A stretch of DNA of 64,000 nt from an uncultured delta proteobacterium (GTDB taxonomy: Bacteria > Desulfobacterota > Binatia > Binatales > Binataceae). The notes beneath the pieces were generated by a model. It did no database searches. It was not told the DNA's origin and saw only the letters and a program-made list of their open reading frames with translations. Of the stretch, positions 29,078 through 39,095 are shown piece after piece (positions within the stretch are counted from its first letter, which is position 1; each line of letters begins with the position of its first letter). Location of the stretch: the NCBI GenBank assembly GCA_963794325.1, contig CAWCDG010000004.1, positions 256,001-320,000 of the forward strand, given 5' to 3'. The translations under genes were made by a program, and so were the position numbers.

Positions 29078-30409
29078 TTAGATTGCTTCACTCACGGCGT
29101 CTTCGCGCTGCGTCGGCTTCGGCCGCGATTCAAGCGGAGTGTAATGCCGAATTCCTTCGCCGACGTAAACCTGCCGCGGCCGCGCGATCTTCTGCTCGGG
29201 ATCCCGCACCATCTCGGCCCATTGCGCCATCCATCCCGAGGTCCGCGGTATCGCGAACAGCACCGGGAACATCTCCATCGGGAACCCCATCGCCTGGTAA
29301 ATTATCCCCGAATAGAAATCGACGTTCGGATACAGCTTGTGCGAGATAAAGTAGTCGTCCTGCAGCGCGATTCGCTCGAGCTCGACTGCGATATCGATCA
29401 GCGGATTGCGCCCGGTCACCTCGAACACCTGCGCCGCCATATCCTTCAGAATCTTCGCCCGCGGATCGTAGTTCTTGTATACCCGATGGCCAAAGCCCAT
29501 CAGCCGCCGCTCGCCCTCTTTCACCTTCCTGATCATCGCCGGGATATTCGACACCGATCCGATTTCCATCAGCATCCGGATTGCGGCCTCGTTCGCACCG
29601 CCATGCAGCGGGCCATAGAGCGCCGCAATCGCCGCCGCCGCGCACGCATACGGATCGGGCTGCGAGCTCCCCACCGCGCGCATCGCATTGGCCGAGCAGT
29701 TCTGCTCGTGATCGGCGTGCAGGATAAACAGCACGTCGAGCGCGCGCTCGAGCACCGGATTCGGGTGGTACTTGATCTCCGTCATCTTGAACAGCATCGA
29801 GAGCAGATTACCGGTGTAGCTGAGATCGTTGTCGGGATAGACGTAGGGCAGTCCCTTGGTATGCCGGTACGCGAACGCCGCCAGCGTCGGTATCTTGCCG
29901 ATTAGCCGGCGCGTCTGCAGGCGGCGCGATTCGAGGTCGTGAATGTCGTTGGCGTCGGGATAAAACGTCGAGAGCGCCCCGACCGTCCCGAGCAGCATCC
30001 CCATCGGATGCGCATCGTAGCGGTACCCCTCCATAAACTTCTTGATATTCTCATGCACCATCGTGTGAATCTTGATGTTGTGCTCCCAGCGCGCGTAATG
30101 CTCCCGATCGGGCAACTCGCCCTTGACGATCAGATACGCCGTCTCGAGATAGTTGCTCTTCTCGGCCAGCTCCTCGATCGGATACCCGCGATAGCGCAGG
30201 ATCCCCTTGTCGCCATCGATAAAGGTGATTCTGCTCCGGCATGAAGCCGTATTAGTGAACGCCGGATCATAAGACATCAGCCCAAAATCATCTTTCCCAA
30301 CCCTAATCTGCCGCAAATCCGCCGCCCGAATGACATCCCCTTCTTCGATCGGAATCTCATATTTCTTCCCAGTCCGATTATCCGTAACGGTAAGCGAATT
30401 ATTAGCCAT
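29078..30409 (-). CDS. gltA: citrate synthase
   Basis: GILRYRGYPIE, LHADHEQNCS, GPLHGGANE, MGFGHRVYK, YPNVDFYSG. Confidence 0.97.
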   Translation of the reverse strand: MANNSLTVTDNRTGKKYEIPIEEGDVIRAADLRQIRVGKDDFGLMSYDPAFTNTASCRSRITFIDGDKGILRYRGYPIEELAEKSNYLETAYLIVKGELPDREHYARWEHNIKIHTMVHENIKKFMEGYRYDAHPMGMLLGTVGALSTFYPDANDIHDLESRRLQTRRLIGKIPTLAAFAYRHTKGLPYVYPDNDLSYTGNLLSMLFKMTEIKYHPNPVLERALDVLFILHADHEQNCSANAMRAVGSSQPDPYACAAAAIAALYGPLHGGANEAAIRMLMEIGSVSNIPAMIRKVKEGERRLMGFGHRVYKNYDPRAKILKDMAAQVFEVTGRNPLIDIAVELERIALQDDYFISHKLYPNVDFYSGIIYQAMGFPMEMFPVLFAIPRTSGWMAQWAEMVRDPEQKIARPRQVYVGEGIRHYTPLESRPKPTQREDAVSEAI

Positions 30410-30428
30410 CACCCTACCTCGACTCTGA

Positions 30429-30746
30429 GTGGCACAGGCTTCAGCCTGTGATTGACGTTCAACACGATGTTGAGTGTCACAGGCTCAGCCTGTGATTAAC
30501 GTTCAACATAAATACAGTATGCGTCATTCCTCATTTCATGTCCAAGACCGGAGAATCACAGGCTAAAGCCTGTGCCACTTAAATTCAGTGCCCCAAGCTT
30601 CAGCCTGTGATCTTCGTCCTGTGTGCCACAGGCTTCAGCCTATGATTGGGCATCCCGTAATTTTGGTTCCGCATGCAACCCAAGAATCCTCGAAATCCAA
30701 AGACCTGAATGGTTTAGTGAATTAGTGGCACAGGCTTCAGCCTGTG
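30429..30746. repeat. REP cluster upstream of RAYT (6 copies of GTGGCACAGGCTT(C/T)AGCCTGTG)
   Basis: Copies at 30429, 30474, 30557 (reverse), 30588, 30623 and 30725. Confidence 0.9.
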
Positions 30747-30759
30747 ATTTTCTGCCCTC

Positions 30760-31293
30760 ATGCAACCTAAGAGTCCAACCATGCCTGACGTTCCCGGATT
30801 CCAATCCATAGATCCCTGGAAATCCAATGAGCTGACCTATACCCGCCGCAATCTCCCCCACCTCGAAGTACCCGGGGCTACTTACTTCATAACCATCCGA
30901 TGCAATCGAGGGATTCAGCTTCCTGACCGGGCTCGCGATCTAATCATGGCCGCGATCGAGGCCTGCAATGGCAGGAGCATCGACCTGGATGCGGCCGTAG
31001 TGATGCCCGACCATGCTCACACGATCTTCAGGCTCATCGAGCCTCACAAACTGAGCCGGGTCCTGCAGCAGATCAAAGGCCGCTCCGCTAGACAGGTCAA
31101 TCAGTTGCTAAATCAAAAGCACAGAATGAGGCGTATGTCACTGTGGATGGATGAGAGCTTCGATCACATCATCCGGCATGAAACGGAGTTTGAAGAAAAA
31201 ATCGAATACATCAAACAAAACCCCGTCAGAAATGGGTTTGCATCGAAACCAGAAGACTATAGCTGGCTGTTTACTAAGAGAATCACAGGCTAA
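30760..31293 (+). mobile_element. REP-associated tyrosine transposase (RAYT, IS200-like HUH)
   Basis: RRNLPH, TYFITI, VVMPDHAH (HUH), WMDESFDHIIR, EYIKQNPV (catalytic Tyr); flanked by REPs. Alternative ATG at 30781. Confidence 0.92.
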
Positions 31294-31395
31294 AGCCTGT
31301 GCCACTCTAGGCAACGAATTAACGGTGCTGAAGGATTTCAGTGGCACAGCTTCAGCCTGTGATCCGGATTTTGGCGGCGCAGGCTTTAGCCTGTG
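31284..31395. repeat. REP cluster downstream of RAYT (3 copies)
   Basis: Copies at 31284 (reverse, contains the RAYT stop), 31341 and 31374. Confidence 0.9.
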
Positions 31396-31487
31396 ATTTT
31401 TCTCTCCATGCAGCCTCCGACGCGCGTCCCCGCGTATGTAGTTTCAGATGCTCGCAACCATCTTCGCGCCATGCCACTCTTTCCCAA

Positions 31488-32132
31488 ATGATCGATAAGC
31501 TAATCACCGCGCTCTCCGGCTTTATCGTCGCGACGATTTCCGCGCTCGGATACGGCGGGGTCGTTCTGATGATGGCGATTGAGAGCGCATGCATCCCGCT
31601 GCCCTCTGAAATCATCATGCCGTTTTCCGGGTACCTGGTTGCGACTGGACGCTTTGGGCTCCAGATGGTCGCGATTGCCGGCGCCGTCGGATGCCTGCTC
31701 GGCTCCTACGTCGCATACTTTGTCGGACAACACGGCGGCCGCCCGTTCATCGAGCGCTACGGCCGCTACGTCCTGGTCGGGGAGCACGAGCTCGAAACCG
31801 CCGACCGTTTCTTCGCGCGATGGGGTTCGCACGCCGTCTTCTGGAGCCGGATGCTGCCGGTGGTCCGCACCTTCATCGCATTTCCCGCCGGCGTAACGCG
31901 AATGAAACTCATCCCGTTCACCATCTACACCCTGCTCGGCTCATACATCTGGTGTCTCGCGCTCGCGTACTTCGGGATGAAACTCGGGCAGCACTGGAAA
32001 GACCTCGCGCCATACTTTCATCGGTTCGACGCATTGATCGCGATTCTGTTGATAGTCGGCGCCGCCGCCCTCATCTATAATCGGGTCAAAGGAATGACGT
32101 CCGCGCCGAGCTCGGCGGAACGTAACCCATAA
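31488..32132 (+). CDS. DedA family membrane protein
   Basis: IESACIPLPSEIIMPFSG, SRMLPVVRTFIAFPAG. Confidence 0.93.
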   Translation: MIDKLITALSGFIVATISALGYGGVVLMMAIESACIPLPSEIIMPFSGYLVATGRFGLQMVAIAGAVGCLLGSYVAYFVGQHGGRPFIERYGRYVLVGEHELETADRFFARWGSHAVFWSRMLPVVRTFIAFPAGVTRMKLIPFTIYTLLGSYIWCLALAYFGMKLGQHWKDLAPYFHRFDALIAILLIVGAAALIYNRVKGMTSAPSSAERNP

Positions 32133-32163
32133 CCCCTCCCCGAGCGCGGGAAGGGGAACCAGA
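32122..32163 (-). repeat. REP-like palindrome, CCCCTTCCC..GGGAAGGGGTTAGGGG family
   Basis: The reverse complement closely matches 49294-49334. Confidence 0.7.
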
Positions 32164-32182
32164 TTGAAGGAACAGAGAAGCG

Positions 32183-32437
32183 ATGACGACAAAGGAAACG
32201 CCCGACCCGTCCGAGCTCGAGGAAATTTTCACCAGCATCGATCCGACTCCGGTCCGGATGGCGCATGACTACCTCAACGAAGCCGGCATCGAGTCGTTCG
32301 TCTTCGACGCCGCCTCGTCGCGGATGCTCGGCACCACTGCCGGCGTCCCGGTGCGCCTGATGGTCCATCGCGACGCCGCCAAAGACGCCCGCGACCGTCT
32401 CAACGATCTCGGCTTCACCGAAAAACAGGACAAGTGA
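32183..32437 (+). CDS. DUF2007-like putative signal-transducing protein
   Basis: LNEAGIESFVFD..VRLMVHRDAAKDAR pattern; 84 aa. Confidence 0.75.
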   Translation: MTTKETPDPSELEEIFTSIDPTPVRMAHDYLNEAGIESFVFDAASSRMLGTTAGVPVRLMVHRDAAKDARDRLNDLGFTEKQDK

Positions 32438-32814
32438 TGAGCGACGGCACCGGCCACCGCATCCGCTTCGGACGAATCGCCGCGATGCTCCCGGTTAAGG
32501 ACATCGAGCGCGCCTGCGACTTCTATACGAAGGTTCTCGGCTTCACCAAGCTCTTCGAGAACGGCACTCCGGTCGGCTTTATGATCCTGAAAAAGGATCA
32601 GGCCGAGTTGCACCTGACGCTACAACCAAATCACAACGCCGCACCATTCAACGTCGCGCACATGATGGTGGACGACGTCGATGCGCTCCTCGCAATCTGC
32701 CAGCAGCAAGGACTGCGCATCATCAAGAGCATTCAGAACAAGGACTACGGTCTGCGCGCGTTCGTCTTCGAAGACCCCGACGGCAACCGCATCGACGTCG
32801 GCCAACCAATCTGA
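32434..32814 (+). CDS. VOC/glyoxalase family protein
   Basis: VKDIERACDFYTKVLGF, DYGLRAFVFEDPDGNRI. Confidence 0.9.
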   Translation: MMSDGTGHRIRFGRIAAMLPVKDIERACDFYTKVLGFTKLFENGTPVGFMILKKDQAELHLTLQPNHNAAPFNVAHMMVDDVDALLAICQQQGLRIIKSIQNKDYGLRAFVFEDPDGNRIDVGQPI

Positions 32815-32906
32815 CGCGCCTCTGTACGGCACACCTGTCCTCTACTATCTTGAAATCGGAACGCGCAGGTGATGCCGCGCGAATTTATCGAGCCGAGGTT
32901 ATCGCG

Positions 32907-34067
32907 ATGCCATATGCCGAAGGTCGAACCTTCAATGACGCCGACAGCCATATCATGGAGACTCGCGACTGGCTGATTTCTCACGCCGACCCCGACATCC
33001 GGCCGAAGCTTCATCCGCTCGCGATTGGCTCGGGCGGGAAGATGGTCGAGAAGGCTATCGCGCATGCGAACGATCGTCAGAAAGATCCGGCCGCAGTCGC
33101 CGACGCGGAGAAGAACCTGATGCTGCGAAAGGGATGGGAGGCGCTGGGCGCTTTCGATCCTGACGAACGCCGGCGCGCGCTCGATTTGCTCGGCTTCAGC
33201 TCGCAGTTGGTCTTCACGACGTTTGCGATCACCCATTTCTGGGGCGAGTTCGACCAGGTTCGCTCGACGCCTGAGGTTCTGTACGGCGGCACTCGCGCGC
33301 ACAACCGCGCCATCGCGGATTTCTGCCGCGGTGACAAGCGCCTGCTCGGCGTCGGCTTCGTGCCGCTCGACATTCCCGAGCTTGCCGAAAAGGAGATCGA
33401 CGAGGCGGTCAAGCTGGGATGCGCCGCGATTCACATTCCGTCGCTGCCGCCCGCGAAAAAGTCGCCGACGCATCCCGACTTCAACGGCGTATGGGCGCGC
33501 CTGCAGGACGCCGACGTTCCGTTCATGCTGCACGTCGGTGGCGGCGGCCGCGCGATCCCGCGCGCGTTTCACAACAACGATCGCCCGGTGACCGACTTCC
33601 TCGGCGGCGGCGAGAATATCCGCTCGAAGGATTTCATGGCGATTCACATGATGCCGGAAATTTTTCTCTCGACGATGGTCCTCGACGGCATCTTCGAGCA
33701 GTTCCCGCGGTTGCACGGCGGATGTATCGAGCAGGGCGCGATGTGGATCGTGCCGTGGCTGCGCCGCCTCGACATCTCGCAGGAGACCTTCGTCAAATCC
33801 GAAAAGTATCTGAGCCTGCCGATGAAGGCGTCCGACTACGTGCGGCGCAATCTGCGCTTCACGCCGTATCCGCATGAGCCGGTGGGATGGATCGTCGAGC
33901 AGGCCGGCCCCGAGCTGTGCATGTTCTCGTCGGACTATCCGCATATCGAGGGCGGACGCAATCCGCTCAAGCGCTTCGAAATGTCGACGCCGAATCTGTC
34001 GGAGGCCGCGCGGGAAAAATTCTACGCGACCAACTACGCGGACATGATGGGCTCGCGCGCCGGCTGA
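32907..34067 (+). CDS. amidohydrolase-2 family protein
   Basis: DADSHIME, MLHVG, FSSDYPHIEG. Confidence 0.88.
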   Translation: MPYAEGRTFNDADSHIMETRDWLISHADPDIRPKLHPLAIGSGGKMVEKAIAHANDRQKDPAAVADAEKNLMLRKGWEALGAFDPDERRRALDLLGFSSQLVFTTFAITHFWGEFDQVRSTPEVLYGGTRAHNRAIADFCRGDKRLLGVGFVPLDIPELAEKEIDEAVKLGCAAIHIPSLPPAKKSPTHPDFNGVWARLQDADVPFMLHVGGGGRAIPRAFHNNDRPVTDFLGGGENIRSKDFMAIHMMPEIFLSTMVLDGIFEQFPRLHGGCIEQGAMWIVPWLRRLDISQETFVKSEKYLSLPMKASDYVRRNLRFTPYPHEPVGWIVEQAGPELCMFSSDYPHIEGGRNPLKRFEMSTPNLSEAAREKFYATNYADMMGSRAG

Positions 34068-34085
34068 TTGTTCGACGGCTCCGCG

Positions 34086-35708
34086 ATGGCTCTACGCTGG
34101 TGGCGACGCGCCGTCTTTTATCAGATTTATCCGCGCTCGTTTGCCGACTCTAACGGCGACGGCATCGGCGATCTCGACGGCGTCACCGCGCATCTCGACT
34201 ATCTGAGCGCGCTCGGCATCGACGCGATCTGGCTGAACCCGATCAACCCATCGCCACTCGACGATTGGGGCTACGACGTCAGCGACTACTGCGGGATCCA
34301 TCCGGATCTCGGCGACCTCGCAGCGTTCGATCGTCTCCTGGCGCAAGCGCATCATCGCGGCATCCGCGTGATCGTCGACCTGGTGCCCAACCATAGTTCG
34401 AATCGGCATCCGTGGTTCGTCGAGTCGCGAGCGTCGCGCAACAATCCGAAGCGCGACTGGTATATCTGGGTTCCCGGAACGCCGGATCGTCCGCCCAACA
34501 ACTGGCTGAGCACCTTCGGCGGTATCGCATGGAAGTACGACAGCGCGACCGCTTCGTGGTATCTGCACACGTTCCTCGAGCAGCAGCCTGATCTGAACTT
34601 TCGAAATCCCGAAATGGTCGAAGCGATGCACGACGTCATCCGCTTCTGGCTCGAGCGCGGCGCCGACGGTTTCCGCATCGACGTGGTCGCGAACATGATT
34701 AAGGATGCGGAGTTGCGCGACAATCCGATTCGCGCGGAAGCAGACCCCGATATTCCGTGGCTGGGCCGAGGCATCCCGGACCCGCTCTACAGCACGGACC
34801 GGCCCGAGGTTCACGACATCGTTCGCGGATTTCGGCGGGTCTCCGACAGTTACGATGAGCGCATCCTGGTCGGCGAGACGTGGCCTCGCGATCAGGCGGG
34901 GCTGGCCGATTACCTGCGGCCGGACGAACTGCAGCTCGCGTTCAACTTCCGCTTTTTACTGGCGCGTTACGATGCGCGCCGCTTCCGCGCCGCGATCGAG
35001 CTGACTGAAAAGTCCTTCGGCCCCACTGCGTGGCCCACCTGGACGCTGTCGAATCACGACTTCTCGCGGCATATCTCGCGCTACTCGCGCGGCGGGGATG
35101 GCGACGCGCGCGCTCGCGTCGCAGCCGTGATGCTGTTTGCGCTGCGCGGCACGCCGTTCATTTACTACGGCGAAGAAATCGGGATGCGCGACAACGACAC
35201 GGCAATCGCCGCCGACCGCAAGCGCGATCCGGTCGGACGCGACGGCTGCCGCTCGCCGATGCAATGGTCGGACGCACCGAACGGCGGATTCTCGACCGGC
35301 GCCGAAACGTGGCTGCCGTGCGGCGACTTCAAGACGGTTAACGTCGCGCGGCAGCTGAACGATCCGCAGTCGATGCTCTCGCTCTATCGACGCCTGATCC
35401 AACTCCGCAAATCGACGCCCGCGCTGGTGGAGGGCGGCTATCGCGCTTTCGGCAACGCGCCCGAAGATTGCCTCGTATTCCGTCGCGATACTCCGACGCA
35501 GCATCTGATCGTTGCGCTGAATTTCACTGATGAGGCGCGCGAGATCAATTTGCCCGCCGGGAAAATCTTACTGAGCACAGTCTGCGGACGGCGCGAGTTT
35601 AACGAAATCGCCACTGACGCTGGCGCCAAACGAAGGCGGCATCGTGATGCTCGATGCGTGACAAATGGCGTCATTTCAGCAATTAAGGTCCTCCACCCGC
35701 CGCTCTAG
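34086..35708 (+). CDS. GH13 alpha-glucosidase (possible frameshift near the C-terminus)
   Basis: YQIYPRSFADSNGDGIGD, DLVPNH, GFRIDV, VGE, SNHD, YYGEEIGM. Confidence 0.92.
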   Translation: MALRWWRRAVFYQIYPRSFADSNGDGIGDLDGVTAHLDYLSALGIDAIWLNPINPSPLDDWGYDVSDYCGIHPDLGDLAAFDRLLAQAHHRGIRVIVDLVPNHSSNRHPWFVESRASRNNPKRDWYIWVPGTPDRPPNNWLSTFGGIAWKYDSATASWYLHTFLEQQPDLNFRNPEMVEAMHDVIRFWLERGADGFRIDVVANMIKDAELRDNPIRAEADPDIPWLGRGIPDPLYSTDRPEVHDIVRGFRRVSDSYDERILVGETWPRDQAGLADYLRPDELQLAFNFRFLLARYDARRFRAAIELTEKSFGPTAWPTWTLSNHDFSRHISRYSRGGDGDARARVAAVMLFALRGTPFIYYGEEIGMRDNDTAIAADRKRDPVGRDGCRSPMQWSDAPNGGFSTGAETWLPCGDFKTVNVARQLNDPQSMLSLYRRLIQLRKSTPALVEGGYRAFGNAPEDCLVFRRDTPTQHLIVALNFTDEAREINLPAGKILLSTVCGRREFNEIATDAGAKRRRHRDARCVTNGVISAIKVLHPPL

Positions 35709-35720
35709 GAAGAGCGTCGG

Positions 35721-35742
35721 CCTCCCCCCACGAAGGGGGAGG
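35721..35742. repeat. GC hairpin CCTCCCCC/GGGGGAGG (REP-like or terminator)
   Basis: 8-bp stem downstream of the GH13 gene; no U-tract. Confidence 0.45.
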
Positions 35743-35813
35743 CGAAGAGCGAAGATTCTCTGATATAGCTCTCGCGCAAAAGGCTGTCCTCAGCATTTTG
35801 CGCTTCACTAGGT

Positions 35814-35830
35814 GCAGGGGTCACCCCTGC
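35814..35830. repeat. palindrome GCAGGGGT-N-ACCCCTGC (copy 2)
   Basis: Matches 16093-16109, including the upstream ACTA(A)GGT context. Confidence 0.65.
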
Positions 35831-35921
35831 CGCGGGTGCGCGGCGCGGAGCCCCGCATTCAATCTCGTATGCCCGCATTCCCCGTTTGCGTGCGACGACC
35901 GCGGTTCATAACATCACCGGC

Positions 35922-38519
35922 ATGCATAAGCCGCGATTTTTTGATCAATTGGCAGAGGAGCTGGGCGACCGCGAGGCCTTTACCGTCGCGTTCGCCCGTG
36001 GGCGCCGCGCGTTTCAACCGCAACACGTCGAGGCAAAATGGGCGCGCGACCGCGCCGCCAACATCAATCATATCAAGCTCGAGGTCGCGCTCGACTTCGA
36101 TGCGAAAAAAATCGCGGGCACCGCGACCCATCGACTGTCCGCGATCACCGGGCCGCTCGATCGCCTTGAATTCGACGCCGCCGAGCTCGAAATTCGCGCG
36201 GTCCGTGCCGGCGGCGAGCCGGCGACCTTCGATACGTCCGACAGCAAGCTGAAGATTACGCTGCCGCGCGCGCTCAAGGCGGGCGAGGAAATCGAGATCG
36301 CGATCGACTACTCGAGCCGGTCGCGCCGCGGACTCTATTTTGTCGGCCCCGACGACGGCTATCCGAACAAGCCCCGGCAGGCGTGGACGCAGGGCGAAGA
36401 CGAGGACTCGCGCTACTGGTTCCCCTGCTACGACTATCCAAACAACCGAACCACCAGCGAAGTCATCGCGACCGTGCCGGAAAAGTTCACAGCGGTTTCC
36501 AATGGCGGGCTGGTCGGCACATCATCGAATGCTGCCGCGAAGACCCGCACCTTCCACTGGCGTCATGACGTGCCGCACTCGTCGTATCTGATCACGCTGG
36601 CGGCCGGCGAGTTCACGATGATCGAAGAGCGCGCCGGCAACACCCCCGTCACCTACTACGTCGCGCCAGGACGTGAGGACGACGCGCGCCGCGCCTTCGG
36701 CAACACGCCGAAGATGATCCAGTTTTTCGAGCGCGTGATAGGCGTGCCGTATCCTTACGCCAAGTATGCGCAGGTCGCGGTCAGCGATTTTATTTTCGGC
36801 GGGATGGAAAACACCTCGGCGACGACGCAGACCGACAGCACCCTGCACGACGCGCGCGCGCATCTCGATTTCAAGAGCGATCCGCTGGTCGCGCACGAGC
36901 TGGCCCATCAATGGTGGGGCGACTTGCTGACCTGCCGCGATTGGGCGCACGCATGGCTCAACGAGGGCTTCGCGACTTACTTCGAGGCGCTCTGGTGCGA
37001 GGAAAATCTTGGTCCCGACGAGTTCGCGTGGAACGTCCGCCAGGATCGCGAGAGCTATCTCGACGAGGACGCAAATCACTACCGTCGTCCAATTGTATGC
37101 AACCGCTATCGCAATCCGATCGATTTGTTCGATCGCCATCTATATGAGAAAGGCAGCCTGGTGTTGCACATGCTGCGCCGCGTCACCGGCGACGATCTGT
37201 TCTTCAAATCGCTGAACCTCTATTGCACGCGGCATCGCGGCGCCAACGTCATCACGCAGGATCTGCAGCGCGCGTTCGAGGAGACCACCGGCCGCAACCT
37301 CGATTTTTTCTTCGACCAGTGGGTGTACAAGGAAGGGCATCCCGAAATCGAAGTTTCGAGTTCGTTCGACGACAAGAAAAAACTGCTCAGCGTGACGGTC
37401 AAGCAGACCCACAAGACCGGCGACACGATTGCTTCCGCGTTCAGCTTCCCGGTGACGATTGCGCTGATGGACGCCGGCGGGCACGAGACCCGGCATCGCG
37501 TCGAAATCAAGGATCGCGAGCAGGGCTTCACGTTTGTGATGGACAAGGCGCCCAAGGCGGTTCGCTTCGATCCCGAATTCGACGTCCTGAAAACGCTCAA
37601 GCATAAGCGCGGGCGCGAGTCGCTCGAAGTCACGCTGCGCCACGCGCCCGAAGCGATGGCACGCGCCAATGCGGCTCGCGAGCTCGGCAGCGAGGGCAGT
37701 CCGCAAGCCACCGCAGCTCTGCGCGAGTGCATGCTCACCGACAAATTCTGGGGCGTGCAGGCCGATGCGGCGACCGCGCTCGGCGCGATTCGCACGACCG
37801 CCGCGCTCGACGCGATCCTCGAAGGACTCAAGCTGCCGCATCCGAAAGTGCGGCGCGCCGTGGTGCGCGCACTCGGCAATTTCCGCGGCGATGCGCGCGC
37901 AGCGTCCGCGCTCGCCGAGGTCGTCACTAATGGCGACGCCAGCTACTTCGTCGAAGCCGAAGCAGTCCTCGCGCTTGGCAAGACGCGCGACGATCGCGCA
38001 TTCGCCCATCTGACGGACGCGTTGAAGCGCGACTCGTATCTCGACGTGATACGGACGCATGCATTGTCCGGGATGGCCGAGTTGCGCGACGAGCGTGCGA
38101 TCGACGTCGCTCGCGATTTCTCCGCGTACGGCAAGCCGGCGCGCGCGCGGGTGGCCGCAGTTGGAGCGCTTGCGCGGTTTGCGGCGCTGAAAGACAACCG
38201 CCGCGTCGAGATTCTCGATTTTATGACCCCGCTGGTCGACGATCGCGAGTTCATGATGCGCATGCGTATTCCGTCCGCGTTCGCCGAGATTGGCGACCCG
38301 CGCGCGCTGCCGGCTCTGCGACGGCTGGCCGATCGCGACCTCGATGGACGCATCCAGCGGCATGCAAACGACGCGATCACGTCTATCAGCGAAGGCCGCA
38401 GCCGGGTCGAGGAAGGTCAGAGGCTGCGCGAAGACATCGATAAGCTTCGCGACGACAACAAGAAGCTGCAGGAGCGGCTCGAGAAGGTCGAAGCAATCGC
38501 GCGCAACAAGCCCGTCTGA
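35922..38519 (+). CDS. M1-family aminopeptidase with C-terminal HEAT repeats and coiled coil
   Basis: GGMEN, HELAHQWWGD, WLNEGFATY, YEKG; repeated 'VRRAVVRALG'-type helices. Confidence 0.92.
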   Translation: MHKPRFFDQLAEELGDREAFTVAFARGRRAFQPQHVEAKWARDRAANINHIKLEVALDFDAKKIAGTATHRLSAITGPLDRLEFDAAELEIRAVRAGGEPATFDTSDSKLKITLPRALKAGEEIEIAIDYSSRSRRGLYFVGPDDGYPNKPRQAWTQGEDEDSRYWFPCYDYPNNRTTSEVIATVPEKFTAVSNGGLVGTSSNAAAKTRTFHWRHDVPHSSYLITLAAGEFTMIEERAGNTPVTYYVAPGREDDARRAFGNTPKMIQFFERVIGVPYPYAKYAQVAVSDFIFGGMENTSATTQTDSTLHDARAHLDFKSDPLVAHELAHQWWGDLLTCRDWAHAWLNEGFATYFEALWCEENLGPDEFAWNVRQDRESYLDEDANHYRRPIVCNRYRNPIDLFDRHLYEKGSLVLHMLRRVTGDDLFFKSLNLYCTRHRGANVITQDLQRAFEETTGRNLDFFFDQWVYKEGHPEIEVSSSFDDKKKLLSVTVKQTHKTGDTIASAFSFPVTIALMDAGGHETRHRVEIKDREQGFTFVMDKAPKAVRFDPEFDVLKTLKHKRGRESLEVTLRHAPEAMARANAARELGSEGSPQATAALRECMLTDKFWGVQADAATALGAIRTTAALDAILEGLKLPHPKVRRAVVRALGNFRGDARAASALAEVVTNGDASYFVEAEAVLALGKTRDDRAFAHLTDALKRDSYLDVIRTHALSGMAELRDERAIDVARDFSAYGKPARARVAAVGALARFAALKDNRRVEILDFMTPLVDDREFMMRMRIPSAFAEIGDPRALPALRRLADRDLDGRIQRHANDAITSISEGRSRVEEGQRLREDIDKLRDDNKKLQERLEKVEAIARNKPV

Positions 38520-38648
38520 AACGAGAACAATCGGGTAGAGCTTCATGGTGCCATGAGATGCTGAAGAGTAATATTTAGTGTTTTCTTAAGGCTGACTAAG
38601 GCATAATATCGGCGATTGGGTATGAGGATGACATATGAGGCTGAAGTG

Positions 38649-39020
38649 ATGCGCACTACATCTTTTGCAGCTATGCTGGCGGTGCTTGGATTCGTCAGTT
38701 GCGTGCTGGTGTCCCGAGCGGACGCTATGGACTGCAACGCGATCCAGGCCGCATACGCTGCCGCAATCCGGCAGGCGCAGATTTGCGATCTCGCGGCGCC
38801 GGATTCGTGCAGCGCCACGCGGCCTTGGTCGCCTCAGGACGTGTGCCGGTGTAAGGTCGCCGTCAATCCTTCAAGTGCCGCGGCGCTTGATCAGCTCCTC
38901 GCTCAATTCCAATCGCAGGGATGTCCGTTCGCGCAGAGGATGTGCAATCGAATCTGTGTCGCTCCTGCACATAGCTGTGTCGCAGGCTCGGGGCCAGCGC
39001 CGACCTGCACCGGGCCATGA
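38649..39020 (+). CDS. secreted Cys-rich hypothetical protein
   Basis: Signal-like N-terminus; about 10 Cys in the mature part. Start uncertain. Confidence 0.65.
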   Translation: MRTTSFAAMLAVLGFVSCVLVSRADAMDCNAIQAAYAAAIRQAQICDLAAPDSCSATRPWSPQDVCRCKVAVNPSSAAALDQLLAQFQSQGCPFAQRMCNRICVAPAHSCVAGSGPAPTCTGP

Positions 39021-39095
39021 GAATCAATCGAGACGCAATTACGTATTAGAGGGAACGGTGATTAATCAAACGCGGTCTTTGAAGGAGAAGGGTTG

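Noticed and set aside
30429-31395. Repeated 22-mers as a possible CRISPR array
   Set aside because: Spacing is irregular, orientations are mixed, there are no cas genes, and the repeats flank a RAYT. They are REPs.
38599-38614. AGGCATAATATCGGC, a GG-N10-GC match upstream of the Cys-rich gene
   Set aside because: Weak match to the TTGC element, with no supporting enhancer.
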